Source of the DNA: an uncultured Syntrophomonadaceae bacterium
GTDB lineage: Bacteria > Bacillota > Dethiobacteria > DTU022
DNA length: 64,000 nt
Direction: 5' to 3'
NCBI GenBank assembly: GCA_964467475.1
Contig: CAYXQO010000008.1
Location: 490-64,489, forward strand
Shown: one piece after another, positions 30,003 to 38,985 of the stretch
How the letters are laid out: each line of letters starts with the position of its first letter
Position numbering within the stretch: position 1 is the first letter of the stretch
Notes under the pieces: model-generated
Seen by the model: only the letters and a program-made list of their open reading frames with translations
Database searches by the model: none
Told to the model about the DNA's origin: nothing
Program-made: the position numbers and the translations under genes

Positions 30003-30731
30003 TTGATGCGTGTGTGGGACATTCATCCCGGTTACTTATCCAGGCAGAATCTGCTTGGCCAACATGCTGAAATCCACGCTCTTTACAGCGTTATTTCGGG
30101 GAATAAAAAAGGTTATTCGCAGCACCCAGAAACAATGCGCTGGAAAGATAACCTAAAAGGGCTTGTGCATATCCACGAGCTTACGGTTTTAGAAATGCAG
30201 CTCCGGGGCTTCAATCATTTTAGTCCCTGCGAAAAGGGGACTGAGAATTATAGTTATCCAGGCTCAGTTAGCGACCCTGTGTATGTTGATCCACCAGCAA
30301 AGCAGATCGAAATCCTCTTTGAAAAATACCGGCAGAATGATGCTTCCCGCAGGATCCCGCTGCCCGGGAATGCTTTTGAGTTCTGGGCACATCATAAATA
30401 CTCGGTGATGGCCCGCGGCTACAACCACTACAAGGAAATCCAGGCTCATCTGCGGGGAAAAGAAAAATACCCTCTAACTGAAGCAGGTCCTTTTATCGAG
30501 CAGATTTTGAAGATCATAAAAGAGCCGGTTCCCATTAAGGGGCTTGCCAACGTAGTCGATCATCTCTGGGGTTATTTCAAAAATGAAGCTTCTATTGAAG
30601 AGAAAGAAATATACTTGCACCGGGAACCCGGGGACTTACCTCACCTGGTTAACTTTTTCTACACTCTTGCCCGGAAATATAACCGGCTTTACTTGCTGCA
30701 CTCGACAATTTTTGCAGATTTTACAGGGTAA
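30003..30731 (+). CDS. Pyrimidine-dimer DNA glycosylase-like domain fused to DUF1722-like domain
   Basis: N-terminal MRVWDIHPGYL...LLGQHAEIH...HPETMRW; C-terminal HLWGYFK...LLHSTIF. Confidence 0.7.
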   Translation: MMRVWDIHPGYLSRQNLLGQHAEIHALYSVISGNKKGYSQHPETMRWKDNLKGLVHIHELTVLEMQLRGFNHFSPCEKGTENYSYPGSVSDPVYVDPPAKQIEILFEKYRQNDASRRIPLPGNAFEFWAHHKYSVMARGYNHYKEIQAHLRGKEKYPLTEAGPFIEQILKIIKEPVPIKGLANVVDHLWGYFKNEASIEEKEIYLHREPGDLPHLVNFFYTLARKYNRLYLLHSTIFADFTG

Positions 30732-30892
30732 AGCATTAGTCAAATTTTACTGAAACAGCTAAAAGTAGCCGGGCCCTTTTGAGCCCGGCTTTCCAAAGTT
30801 TTCATAACGCATCTCTCCTTGTAGTTTTTTGTATTTTCACGCCTGTAAGCGTAAATCCCTTTTTGTAAGGGTTAAAACATTTGAAATGGGTG

Positions 30893-30933
30893 TTGACAAA
30901 CTGACAATAAATATCCTATAATTTTTATAGGAT
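30893..30933 (+). promoter_or_regulatory. sigmaA promoter of the iscS-like operon with palindromic operator over -10
   Basis: TTGACA-18-TATAAT; inverted repeat ATCCTATA-5-TATAGGAT at 30913-30933. Confidence 0.7.
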
Positions 30934-30996
30934 TTATATAGATATTTTGAGTTGCAGTCAAGAGTAATTAGCAAAATCTTAAAGGAGCTGTTAGTT

Positions 30997-32193
30997 ATGA
31001 AATCAATCAACCTTGATTATATCGCGGCTACGCCGGTAGATGATGCTGTTTTACAGGTGATGCTACCCTTTTTTAAAGAAGATTATGGCAATCCCTCTAG
31101 CGGACATACTCTCGGGGAAAAACCGCGTCAAGCCCTGGAGGATGCCAGGGAGAAAGTGGGACGCCTGATTGGTGCTGAAAGCAAGCAGGTCATTTTTACT
31201 GCTTCTGCCTCGGAAGCCAACAACCTGGTAGTCAAGGGGTTGATTGCCGCGGGGAAAAAGAGAGGCAACCATATAATATCTTCTGCGATTGAGCATTTTT
31301 CTGTGCTAAACCAGCTGAAGACCCTGCAAAAAGAAGGCTTTGAGGTGACCTTGCTGCCGGTAGACCGCCACGGATTAATCGATCCACAGGCTTTAAAAGA
31401 GGCGATCACCGACCGAACTATCCTGGTTACCATTCAAACCGCTAACCCGGAGATTGGCACTATTCAACCGGTCAAGGAGCTGGCTGCAGTGGCCCGCGAA
31501 AACGAGATTCCCTTCCATACCGATGCGACTGCGGCGGCGGGTTGGATACCGATTGATGTGGATGATATGGGGGTTGACTTGCTATCCCTGGCCGGTGACC
31601 AGTTTTACGGCCCCAAGGGTGCGGGAGCCCTGTTTATGCGGAAAGGAATCAGGGTGCGGCCGCTGATAGAAGGTGGTATCCAGGAGAAAGGCTTAAGGGC
31701 AGGCACGGAGAATGTTCCCGCTATAGCGGGGCTCGGTGAAGCGGCGAAGCTGGCTTATGAAACGATGGAACCACGCACACAAAAAGTTGCTTCCTTCAGG
31801 GACCAGCTTAAAGACAGCTTGTTTAAAGAAATTCCTCATTTGCATTTAAATGGGCACCCCGAAAAGCGCCTGCCCCATAACTTGAACATTTCGGTTGAGT
31901 TTGTTGAAGGGGAGGCGCTGCTGATGCGTCTGAACATGGCCGGCATTTATGTGTCAAGCGGTTCATCCTGTACTTCACAGGCGCTTAAGTCTTCACATGT
32001 TTTGCAGGCAATCGGTGTCTCCCCGGAACTGGCCCAGGGCTCGCTGTTGCTCGCAGCCGGCAAGGATAGCAATGTAGAAGACATACCTTACATTACTGAG
32101 CAATTTTCCCAGGTTGCCGAACTGTTGCGGAAGATGTCGCCGCTTTACCATCAGTATCTGAAGGAGGGAAAGATCAATGCCAATGTACAGTGA
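30997..32193 (+). CDS. iscS: IscS/NifS-family cysteine desulfurase-like protein lacking the PLP lysine
   Basis: GNPSS, EH, NPEIGTIQP, RAGTENV, SSGSSC all present; LSLAGDQFYGPKG replaces S-x-HK-x-YGPKG. Confidence 0.88.
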   Translation: MKSINLDYIAATPVDDAVLQVMLPFFKEDYGNPSSGHTLGEKPRQALEDAREKVGRLIGAESKQVIFTASASEANNLVVKGLIAAGKKRGNHIISSAIEHFSVLNQLKTLQKEGFEVTLLPVDRHGLIDPQALKEAITDRTILVTIQTANPEIGTIQPVKELAAVARENEIPFHTDATAAAGWIPIDVDDMGVDLLSLAGDQFYGPKGAGALFMRKGIRVRPLIEGGIQEKGLRAGTENVPAIAGLGEAAKLAYETMEPRTQKVASFRDQLKDSLFKEIPHLHLNGHPEKRLPHNLNISVEFVEGEALLMRLNMAGIYVSSGSSCTSQALKSSHVLQAIGVSPELAQGSLLLAAGKDSNVEDIPYITEQFSQVAELLRKMSPLYHQYLKEGKINANVQ

Positions 32194-32596
32194 AGAAGTA
32201 ATGGAGCATTTTACAAATCCGCGCAATATCGGTGAAATTGAGAACCCGGACGGGATTGGCGAAGAGGGCAACCCGGTGTGTGGTGATATGATGAAATTTA
32301 CGATTAAGGTTAATGACGGCAAACTAGAAGATGTTAAGTATTTTACTTTTGGGTGTGGGGCTGCTATTGCCGTATCGAGCATGGTTTCAGAGATGGCCAA
32401 GGGAAAAACCCTGGAAGAAGCCTTGAACATCACCAATAAGCAGGTTGCCGAAGCGCTCGGAGGATTACCTGGTAATAAAATGCACTGTTCCAACCTGGGT
32501 GCAGATGCCTTGCACAAGGCTATCCAGGATTACATGGAAAAGCAGGGTATTCAGCCGAAAGAGCAATCATCAGAGAGGAGCGCTGGAAATGAGTGA
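32177..32596 (+). CDS. iscU: Fe-S scaffold IscU/NifU N-terminal type
   Basis: MEHFTNPRN, NPVCGD, FGCGAAIA, KMHCS (three conserved Cys). Confidence 0.95.
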   Translation: MPMYSEEVMEHFTNPRNIGEIENPDGIGEEGNPVCGDMMKFTIKVNDGKLEDVKYFTFGCGAAIAVSSMVSEMAKGKTLEEALNITNKQVAEALGGLPGNKMHCSNLGADALHKAIQDYMEKQGIQPKEQSSERSAGNE

Positions 32597-32960
32597 AAAT
32601 AAACTGAACAGGGTAAATGAAAAGGAGAGGCTTTGCAGCTGTCCGTTTTGCGACCAGCCGATTTGCCCGGACACCTCGGAAGAAATTTTTACCTGCAGAA
32701 ACGATGGCAGGTTAAAAATACACCTGGTAGACTGTGTCGGGCTCTTCTGTCCGGTACCGGTAATGCGGGCCAAAGAAGAAATAGATCAGCTGGGAGCCGG
32801 TAGTTTAATGGAGCTCGTTGCCGACGATCCGGCTTCGGCGGAAGATATACCTCGCTGGGCCAAGCGGGCAGGCCACAGCCTGGTCAAGGTGGAACAGGTT
32901 GGTGATGAGTACCATTATTATGTTTTAAAAGAAAGCGAGGATAAACCTAAAAATGGCTGA
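32589..32960 (+). CDS. TusA/SirA-family sulfurtransferase with Cys-rich N-terminal extension
   Basis: VDCVGLFCPVPV (CPxP), DDPASAEDIPRWA; N-terminal CSCPFCDQPICP...C. Confidence 0.85.
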   Translation: MSENKLNRVNEKERLCSCPFCDQPICPDTSEEIFTCRNDGRLKIHLVDCVGLFCPVPVMRAKEEIDQLGAGSLMELVADDPASAEDIPRWAKRAGHSLVKVEQVGDEYHYYVLKESEDKPKNG

Positions 32961-33327
32961 AAAGAAAAAAATTCTTTACGTGCAAACCAGCGGGACAGAT
33001 ACCCCGGAAAAACTTTATGCTCCCTTGATCCTGGCTCAAACTGCCAGGGCAATGGATGTGGAACCTGTAGTTTATTTTTTGGGCAAGGGGCTAAATAACT
33101 TAATCAAAAAGGAGGCGGAACAGGTTAAAGTTGGTGATTTTCCGAGCCTTTTTGAGATTTTGCAGCAAACAGCCGCACAGGGTGTTAAAATAATGGCCTG
33201 CCAGCAAAGCTTGCAGTTGTTCGGCGGCAAAATCAAGGAGGAAGATTTAATTAAAGAAGCAACTATTGCCGGCGCCGCCACTTTAAACGATCTGGCTCTT
33301 GATGCTGATGCAGTGCTGACCTTTTAA
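32953..33327 (+). CDS. DsrE/DsrF-like sulfur relay family protein
   Basis: YAPLILA, VYFLGKG, KIMACQQSL, GAATL, DAVLTF. Confidence 0.82.
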   Translation: MAEKKKILYVQTSGTDTPEKLYAPLILAQTARAMDVEPVVYFLGKGLNNLIKKEAEQVKVGDFPSLFEILQQTAAQGVKIMACQQSLQLFGGKIKEEDLIKEATIAGAATLNDLALDADAVLTF

Positions 33328-33379
33328 AAAAAGTTGCTCAGCAATAACAAAAAAACAAATAAAAACTTTGCCGTCCGGA

Positions 33380-33404
33380 AGGAATTTTTTTTACCATGGC
33401 GAAT
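33380..33404 (+). promoter_or_regulatory. sigmaH-type promoter of the TRAP operon
   Basis: AGGA-17-GAAT. Confidence 0.55.
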
Positions 33405-33562
33405 TGTAAAAGGCGTAGCATGGTAGGACGGCAGGGTTTGTAATGTAATTATGCCGGTTATAAAGCCGGTATATTTTTGCCCTCTAATACTCCCGTCCGG
33501 AGTATTTTATTTTTTGCCCTGGCCGTTGATCAGCGATCAACTTTCAGAGGAGGTAGTGAAAA

Positions 33563-34654
33563 GTGAAAAAGAAACTGGTACTTACGGGATTGGCACTGCT
33601 GCTGATATTAGCGGCCGGGTGCGCTGCCGAAGAAAACGGCGAAGCGGATCCGGAAGAAGCAGATGTAGAAGAAACAGCAGTGGAAGAAGAAGCGGTAGAA
33701 GAAGAGGGGGAGGTGTATGAGTTTACCCTGGCTCACTTTTTCCCGGCCGGTCACCCGGCGGAAACAGAATTGGTTCAGGGTTGGGCCGAAGAACTGGAAC
33801 AGGCCAGCGAGGGCCGGATCGAGATAACCAGTTATCCGGGGGGAACCCTTCTGGACCCGGATGATACGTACGAGGGAGTCGTTGAAGGGATTGCCGATAT
33901 TGGGCTTTCGGCCTTCTTTTACAACCGGGGCCGCTTTCCTGTGCTGGAAGTGTTTGAACTGCCCGGGATTGTTTATGAGGATTCATCTATGGCCAGTAAA
34001 GTAGCCTGGGAAGGGATTAAGGAACTGGACCCGGCTGAAATCCAGGACACAGAGCTTATGTATGTGCTTGCTACCGGCCCGGGAGATTTGTTTACCAAAG
34101 AGCCGGTAGAGAGCCTTGAAGACCTACAGGGAATGAAAATCAGGGTTGCCGGGTTAAGCGCGGAAACGCTTAACTTACTGGGCGCCGCCCCGGAAGCGAT
34201 GCCGCAAAATGAAGCGGAAGAAGCTTTGATGCGTGGCAGGGTTGACGGAAACCTGGCACCGGTTGAAGTTTTAAAAGGTTGGAACCATGCGGAGCATACC
34301 GATTACTTGACCAGGACACCTTTTCTTTACAATGCTTTGTTTTACGTAACCATGAACCAGGAGAAATGGGAGAGCCTACCTTCCGACCTGCAGGAAGTTT
34401 TTCTTGAAGTAAACGAGAGCTTTCATGAAGAAGTAGCTGCCGGCTTGTGGGACCTTCAGAATGAAGAAGCGCTTGAGTGGGCGGTTGAAGAAACCGGTCA
34501 GGAAGTAATTGAGCTTAGTGAAGAAGAAAAAGAGCGGTGGATCGAAAAGGTTCAGCCGGTCCAGGAAGATTTTAAATTTAAAATGGATGAACTGGGCCAT
34601 GATGGGGGCGAAATTCTTGATACCGTTAAACGGTTGGCCGAAGAATATCGTTAG
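33563..34654 (+). CDS. dctP: TRAP transporter substrate-binding lipoprotein
   Basis: Lipobox AAGC; YPGGTLL, EGIADIG, LQGMKIRV, RGRVDG motifs. Confidence 0.9.
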   Translation: MKKKLVLTGLALLLILAAGCAAEENGEADPEEADVEETAVEEEAVEEEGEVYEFTLAHFFPAGHPAETELVQGWAEELEQASEGRIEITSYPGGTLLDPDDTYEGVVEGIADIGLSAFFYNRGRFPVLEVFELPGIVYEDSSMASKVAWEGIKELDPAEIQDTELMYVLATGPGDLFTKEPVESLEDLQGMKIRVAGLSAETLNLLGAAPEAMPQNEAEEALMRGRVDGNLAPVEVLKGWNHAEHTDYLTRTPFLYNALFYVTMNQEKWESLPSDLQEVFLEVNESFHEEVAAGLWDLQNEEALEWAVEETGQEVIELSEEEKERWIEKVQPVQEDFKFKMDELGHDGGEILDTVKRLAEEYR

Positions 34655-34759
34655 TCCTTGCTCATGGATTTACCTTAACATGCCCGATATTGATTAACTG
34701 TTAATACTCAGCACGGCTGAGAAAAAACGATTAACTTTATAAAATGAAGGACAGATCTG

Positions 34760-35251
34760 TTGATGCAGTTATTTGAAACAATAGTGATCAAACTAAGCCG
34801 CGGCCTTGATTTTTTGGCTGGAATTATATTGGCTGCCACTGCTTTCCTGGTGGTGGCCAATATAATGGGCCGGGTTCTTTTACAGCAATCATTCCTGGTG
34901 GCCCACGAAGTGGTCGGTTTTCTCACCGCCGGTGTAATCGGCCTGGCCTTAGCCCGCTGCGCCCTGGAAAACGGACACATCTCCGTTGAATTTCTGGTAG
35001 AAAAACTGCCGAAACCGGTGCAGCGGTACATCGAGATAGCGGTAAATTTACCTGTTTTTGCTTTTCTGTTGTTTATCACATTCAACTTATTTAATTACGG
35101 TTGGCGCATTGCTGAAAGTGGAGAGGTTTCTCCGACCATCCAGCTTGCCTTTTACCCCTTTATTTACCTGGTCGGCCTTGGGTTTTTTGTGCTTTCCCTG
35201 GTAAACTTGCTGAAAATTATTAAGTTGATTGCCGGGGGTGAGCATCAATGA
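34760..35251 (+). CDS. dctQ: TRAP transporter small permease
   Basis: 4 TM; GHISVEFL motif. Confidence 0.9.
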   Translation: MMQLFETIVIKLSRGLDFLAGIILAATAFLVVANIMGRVLLQQSFLVAHEVVGFLTAGVIGLALARCALENGHISVEFLVEKLPKPVQRYIEIAVNLPVFAFLLFITFNLFNYGWRIAESGEVSPTIQLAFYPFIYLVGLGFFVLSLVNLLKIIKLIAGGEHQ

Positions 35252-36558
35252 ACCCGGAAATGGTTGGTACTATTGGTATTTTGGCATTCTTTCTATTAAT
35301 GGCTTTAAAAATTCCGATTGCCTATGTTATGGCTATAGTTGGAGTTGCCGGGTTTGGCTATTTGACCTCAACCGGGGCGGCATTTTCAATGGTTTCAGCC
35401 GAACTGTTTTCCACCTTTTCCCGTTATTCACTGAGTGTAATCCCCATGTTTGTCTTAATGGGGTTCCTTGCTTTCCATGCCGGGATGGGGGCCAGGCTTT
35501 ACGACCTGGCTTACAAACTGGCCGGCCACCTGCCGGGTGGTTTGGCGGTGGCAACTCAGGCTACCTGCGCCCTGTTTGGGGCGGTATGCGGTTCTAACAC
35601 GGCAACTGCTGCGACCATCGGGGCCATTGCCCTGCCCGAGATGCGCAAGTACAACTATAACTCTTCCCTGTCTACAGCCAGCGTGGCCGCCGGCGGCGCC
35701 CTGGGGGTATTGATCCCGCCGAGTGTGATTTTTATCGTCTACGGGATTTCCGCCGAGCAATCGGTGGGGCAGCTGTTTTTGGCCGGCATCATCCCCGGTT
35801 TTCTGCTTATGTCTCTTTACATGCTGGTTATCTACATTAATGCCAGGCGCAACCCGGAACTGGGTCCTGCGGGCCAAAAAGCCAGCTGGCGTGAGCGTTA
35901 CCTGGCCCTGGGTGGTGGTCTTTTCGAAGTTATGGTTGTTTTTGCAATATCGCTGGGCGGTCTTTTTGCAGGCTGGTTCATGCCTACGGAAGCAGGTGCG
36001 GTAGGGGTGGCCGGGGTACTCCTGGTCACGGCCTTAAAGGGGCGGATGAACTTAGCGATAATCCGTCAGTCCCTTGCCGACACCACCCGGACTACGGCGA
36101 TGATCATGCTTCTTGTAGCAGCGGCGGTAATTTTCGGGCGCTTTATGGCAGTCAGCCGCATTCCTTTTGCCATGGCCGAGTGGGCGGCGGAATTGGCCTT
36201 ACCCTCGTTCGCCGTCATTGCCCTGATTCTATTAATCTACCTGGTTCTGGGTTGCTTTATTGATGCCCTGGCTTTGATATTGCTAACAATCCCTATATTT
36301 TTACCGGTAGCGGTAGATGTTCTCGGTTACGATCCGATCTGGTTTGGGGTGATTATCGTGATGGTAGTGGCAATGGGGGTGATTACTCCCCCGGTGGGGA
36401 TGAATGTATATATTGTCAAGGGAGTGGCGGGTGATGTGCCGCTAGAGGTTATTTTTAAGGGGGTATGGCCTTTTTTATTTGCGATTATCCTGGCCCTGGC
36501 GCTTTTAATCATGTTTCCCGGTCTTGCCACCTTCTTGCCATCGCTGGTTCAATCCTAG
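35248..36558 (+). CDS. dctM: TRAP transporter large permease
   Basis: IPMFVLMG, FGAVCGS, GGALGVLIPPS, TPPVGMN. Confidence 0.95.
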   Translation: MNPEMVGTIGILAFFLLMALKIPIAYVMAIVGVAGFGYLTSTGAAFSMVSAELFSTFSRYSLSVIPMFVLMGFLAFHAGMGARLYDLAYKLAGHLPGGLAVATQATCALFGAVCGSNTATAATIGAIALPEMRKYNYNSSLSTASVAAGGALGVLIPPSVIFIVYGISAEQSVGQLFLAGIIPGFLLMSLYMLVIYINARRNPELGPAGQKASWRERYLALGGGLFEVMVVFAISLGGLFAGWFMPTEAGAVGVAGVLLVTALKGRMNLAIIRQSLADTTRTTAMIMLLVAAAVIFGRFMAVSRIPFAMAEWAAELALPSFAVIALILLIYLVLGCFIDALALILLTIPIFLPVAVDVLGYDPIWFGVIIVMVVAMGVITPPVGMNVYIVKGVAGDVPLEVIFKGVWPFLFAIILALALLIMFPGLATFLPSLVQS

Positions 36559-36632
36559 GCAAATAAAGGTATTTTTATGAAGGCCGAATCGTTATATAAT
36601 GGGGATAAACTACAGGAGCAAGGGGAAGCATC

Positions 36633-37052
36633 ATGAAAAACAAGCCGCTCTTTATTTTTATAGTTACCTCCACGGCAGTTATTTTCCTGACCGTGCTGGT
36701 GGGCATGGTTTTGGTCCCGGAAGCCTTGAAAACCGAGCGGATAGAAATTGAAAATATTAATCTTGAGAAGGTGCCCGATGGCGCTTACTACGGATCTTTT
36801 GAATCTGTCTTAACAGCAGCCAGTGTTTTGGTCAGGATTGAAGACCAGCGTATTGTCGAGATACGGTTAGTTGAACATGTGCATAGCAACGGCGCAGCGG
36901 CGGAAAGAGTATTGGACCGAGTTTTGGACGAGCAGTGCCTGGATGTGGACACCGTCAGCGGGGCAACAGCCAGCAGTAAGGTCTTGCTAAAAGCGGTCGA
37001 GGATGCTTTAGTATATGCTTTAGAAGAAAAAGATGGGCATAGCGATGATTAG
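36633..37052 (+). CDS. Membrane-anchored FMN-binding domain protein
   Basis: N-terminal TM; DGAYYG; VDTVSGATASS (covalent flavinylation motif). Confidence 0.88.
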   Translation: MKNKPLFIFIVTSTAVIFLTVLVGMVLVPEALKTERIEIENINLEKVPDGAYYGSFESVLTAASVLVRIEDQRIVEIRLVEHVHSNGAAAERVLDRVLDEQCLDVDTVSGATASSKVLLKAVEDALVYALEEKDGHSDD

Positions 37053-37064
37053 TGTATTTCCTTC

Positions 37065-38036
37065 CTAACTTTCAGCAAGCAGCACTTCACTTAAAGGAAC
37101 GGGTTCTAAGCCGCGGTCGCGCAGCCCGGTAATGATGTCCGGAATGGCGGCGATATCTTCATCGATGAAGTGCAGTAAAATTATACTGCCGCCCTGGGCA
37201 TTGTTAAGCACATGCCGGGTGATGTTTTCGGTGGTATACGGGTTATTTTGCAGTGCATGCAGGGTTTCGATATCCCAGAGGATAGTAAACATGCCTTGCT
37301 CGGCGACGATTTCCTGGATCCTTTCTTTGTGCCAGCGCTGCCCCGAGGAATAACCGTCCCGGTAAGGGGGCCGGAAAAAAAGAGTGCGGTAATCTTGCTC
37401 AAGAGATTGATCCACCGCTTTTTGCCAGTTTTTAAGTTCTTCTTTTATTTTTTCGTTGGATTGATAAGATAGATAGGGATGAGTGTAAGTGTGGTTACCT
37501 AATTCGTGGCCTTCATCAACAGCGCGTTGCCAGACTTCGGGCTGCTGTTCGACGATATCGCCCTTGGGGAATAATGTGGCTTGCACGTTGTATTCCTTAA
37601 AATAATCAAGGGCCCTATGGGTAAGTGATTCCGCGCCGCCGTCGTCTATGGTAATTGCCACTTTGTTTGTTTCGCGGCTGCCGTGTTCGATGATGGTCTC
37701 AGAGCGCATCATCTTGTTTTCTTCCCGCAATTTCTCATTTTCCTCGAGTAATTCCTGGTTTTTCTCGTGAATTTCTTCGTATTTTTCTTCCAGATCAGTA
37801 TTATCTTGTTCCACTTTTTCTAAGCGGCTTTCCAGGGAGTCGAGTTCTTTTTCAAGGACTTGTGCTGCCCTGTGCTGGTTGATACTAAAAACAGCGAGCA
37901 CTCCGATTATACTCAGCATAATCAACATAATCATATACAGGGCTACCCGCATAAATATTTGTTTTTTGGCGTACCTGTTTTTCCTGGAGTTGTAGTGGTT
38001 GTTATAGCTGTAGTTGGACTGGTGATTATTTGCCAT
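37065..38036 (-). CDS. Membrane-anchored polysaccharide deacetylase with coiled-coil stalk
   Basis: TM, coiled coil, NodB motifs TIDDG, HTYTH, FRPPY, ILLH. Confidence 0.9.
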   Translation of the reverse strand: MANNHQSNYSYNNHYNSRKNRYAKKQIFMRVALYMIMLIMLSIIGVLAVFSINQHRAAQVLEKELDSLESRLEKVEQDNTDLEEKYEEIHEKNQELLEENEKLREENKMMRSETIIEHGSRETNKVAITIDDGGAESLTHRALDYFKEYNVQATLFPKGDIVEQQPEVWQRAVDEGHELGNHTYTHPYLSYQSNEKIKEELKNWQKAVDQSLEQDYRTLFFRPPYRDGYSSGQRWHKERIQEIVAEQGMFTILWDIETLHALQNNPYTTENITRHVLNNAQGGSIILLHFIDEDIAAIPDIITGLRDRGLEPVPLSEVLLAES

Positions 38037-38283
38037 CGATCGATTTCCCCCTGCCGGATTGTTTAAGATTCCCTTTTAATCGCTTATATGGTAACCTATA
38101 AAGTAATATAAGACAACAGGAAAATTATTTTCTCGCCCTGGCCAGGTATTGGTTTGCCAGGGGTAGGACTCAGCAAGAGCAGAGTACCCCCTGAGTACTT
38201 GTTTTTAAGTTGTAATTGCTCAGCCACTTTAATGTTAACACAAAGTATTTAAACAACCGGTCAAATAAGACCAGGTAAAGGAA

Positions 38284-38886
38284 GTGATCATTTTGAAGAC
38301 CCTGCTTGCAGTAGCTCCCAGCCCTCGTCGCAACGGCAACAGTGAAACTCTTTTAAAAGAATTTAGCCGTGCGGCAGAGGAAGCGGGCTGGCAGGTGGAT
38401 TTGATCCGCGTAAACAGCATGAACTTCAAGCCCTGCCAGGCCTGCGACAAATGCGCTAAAGACGGGAAATGTATTTTAAAAGACGACATGCAGGATATTT
38501 ATCCAAAGATGATTGAGGCAGACGCCCTGGTGGTGGCCAGTCCGGTAACTTTCGGTTCTCTCAATGCCCAGCTTAAAATGCTTATCGACCGTTTCCAGTG
38601 CTGGTGGCATGCCAAGTTTAACTTGAAAACTCCGTTTGTGCCGGATAAGCCAAAACGCCGGGGCTTTTTTATCTGCGTCGGTGCTCTCGAACGCGAACGT
38701 TACTGCGAAAACGCCATTGAAATCATCAAGGTTTTCTTTGTCAACATTAATCACAAGTTTGCAGGCAGCCTTTCATTCAGAGGCTATGATGAAAAAGGTG
38801 CGATTGCAAACGACCCGGAAGCACTGCAGAAGGTGTACCGAGCCGGCAAAGACTTCATTGAAGAAGTAGAAGCGAGCTTAAAATAA
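38284..38886 (+). CDS. Flavodoxin-fold / iron-sulfur flavoprotein family (NADPH-dependent FMN reductase-like)
   Basis: SPRRNGNS, CQACDKCAKDGKC, SPVTFG, KMLIDRF. Confidence 0.88.
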   Translation: MIILKTLLAVAPSPRRNGNSETLLKEFSRAAEEAGWQVDLIRVNSMNFKPCQACDKCAKDGKCILKDDMQDIYPKMIEADALVVASPVTFGSLNAQLKMLIDRFQCWWHAKFNLKTPFVPDKPKRRGFFICVGALERERYCENAIEIIKVFFVNINHKFAGSLSFRGYDEKGAIANDPEALQKVYRAGKDFIEEVEASLK

Positions 38887-38929
38887 ATGTGCCAGAGGGA
38901 CGGGGTACTTGACAACATTTAAACTAAAA

Positions 38930-38971
38930 AAGGGGCCGGGCCTTTCTGATGGGGAAAGGTACCGGCCCCTT
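38930..38971. terminator. Bidirectional terminator
   Basis: AAGGGGCCGG...CCGGCCCCTT stem flanked by A- and T-tracts, between convergent genes. Confidence 0.75.
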
Positions 38972-38985
38972 GTTTTTGTTTAACC

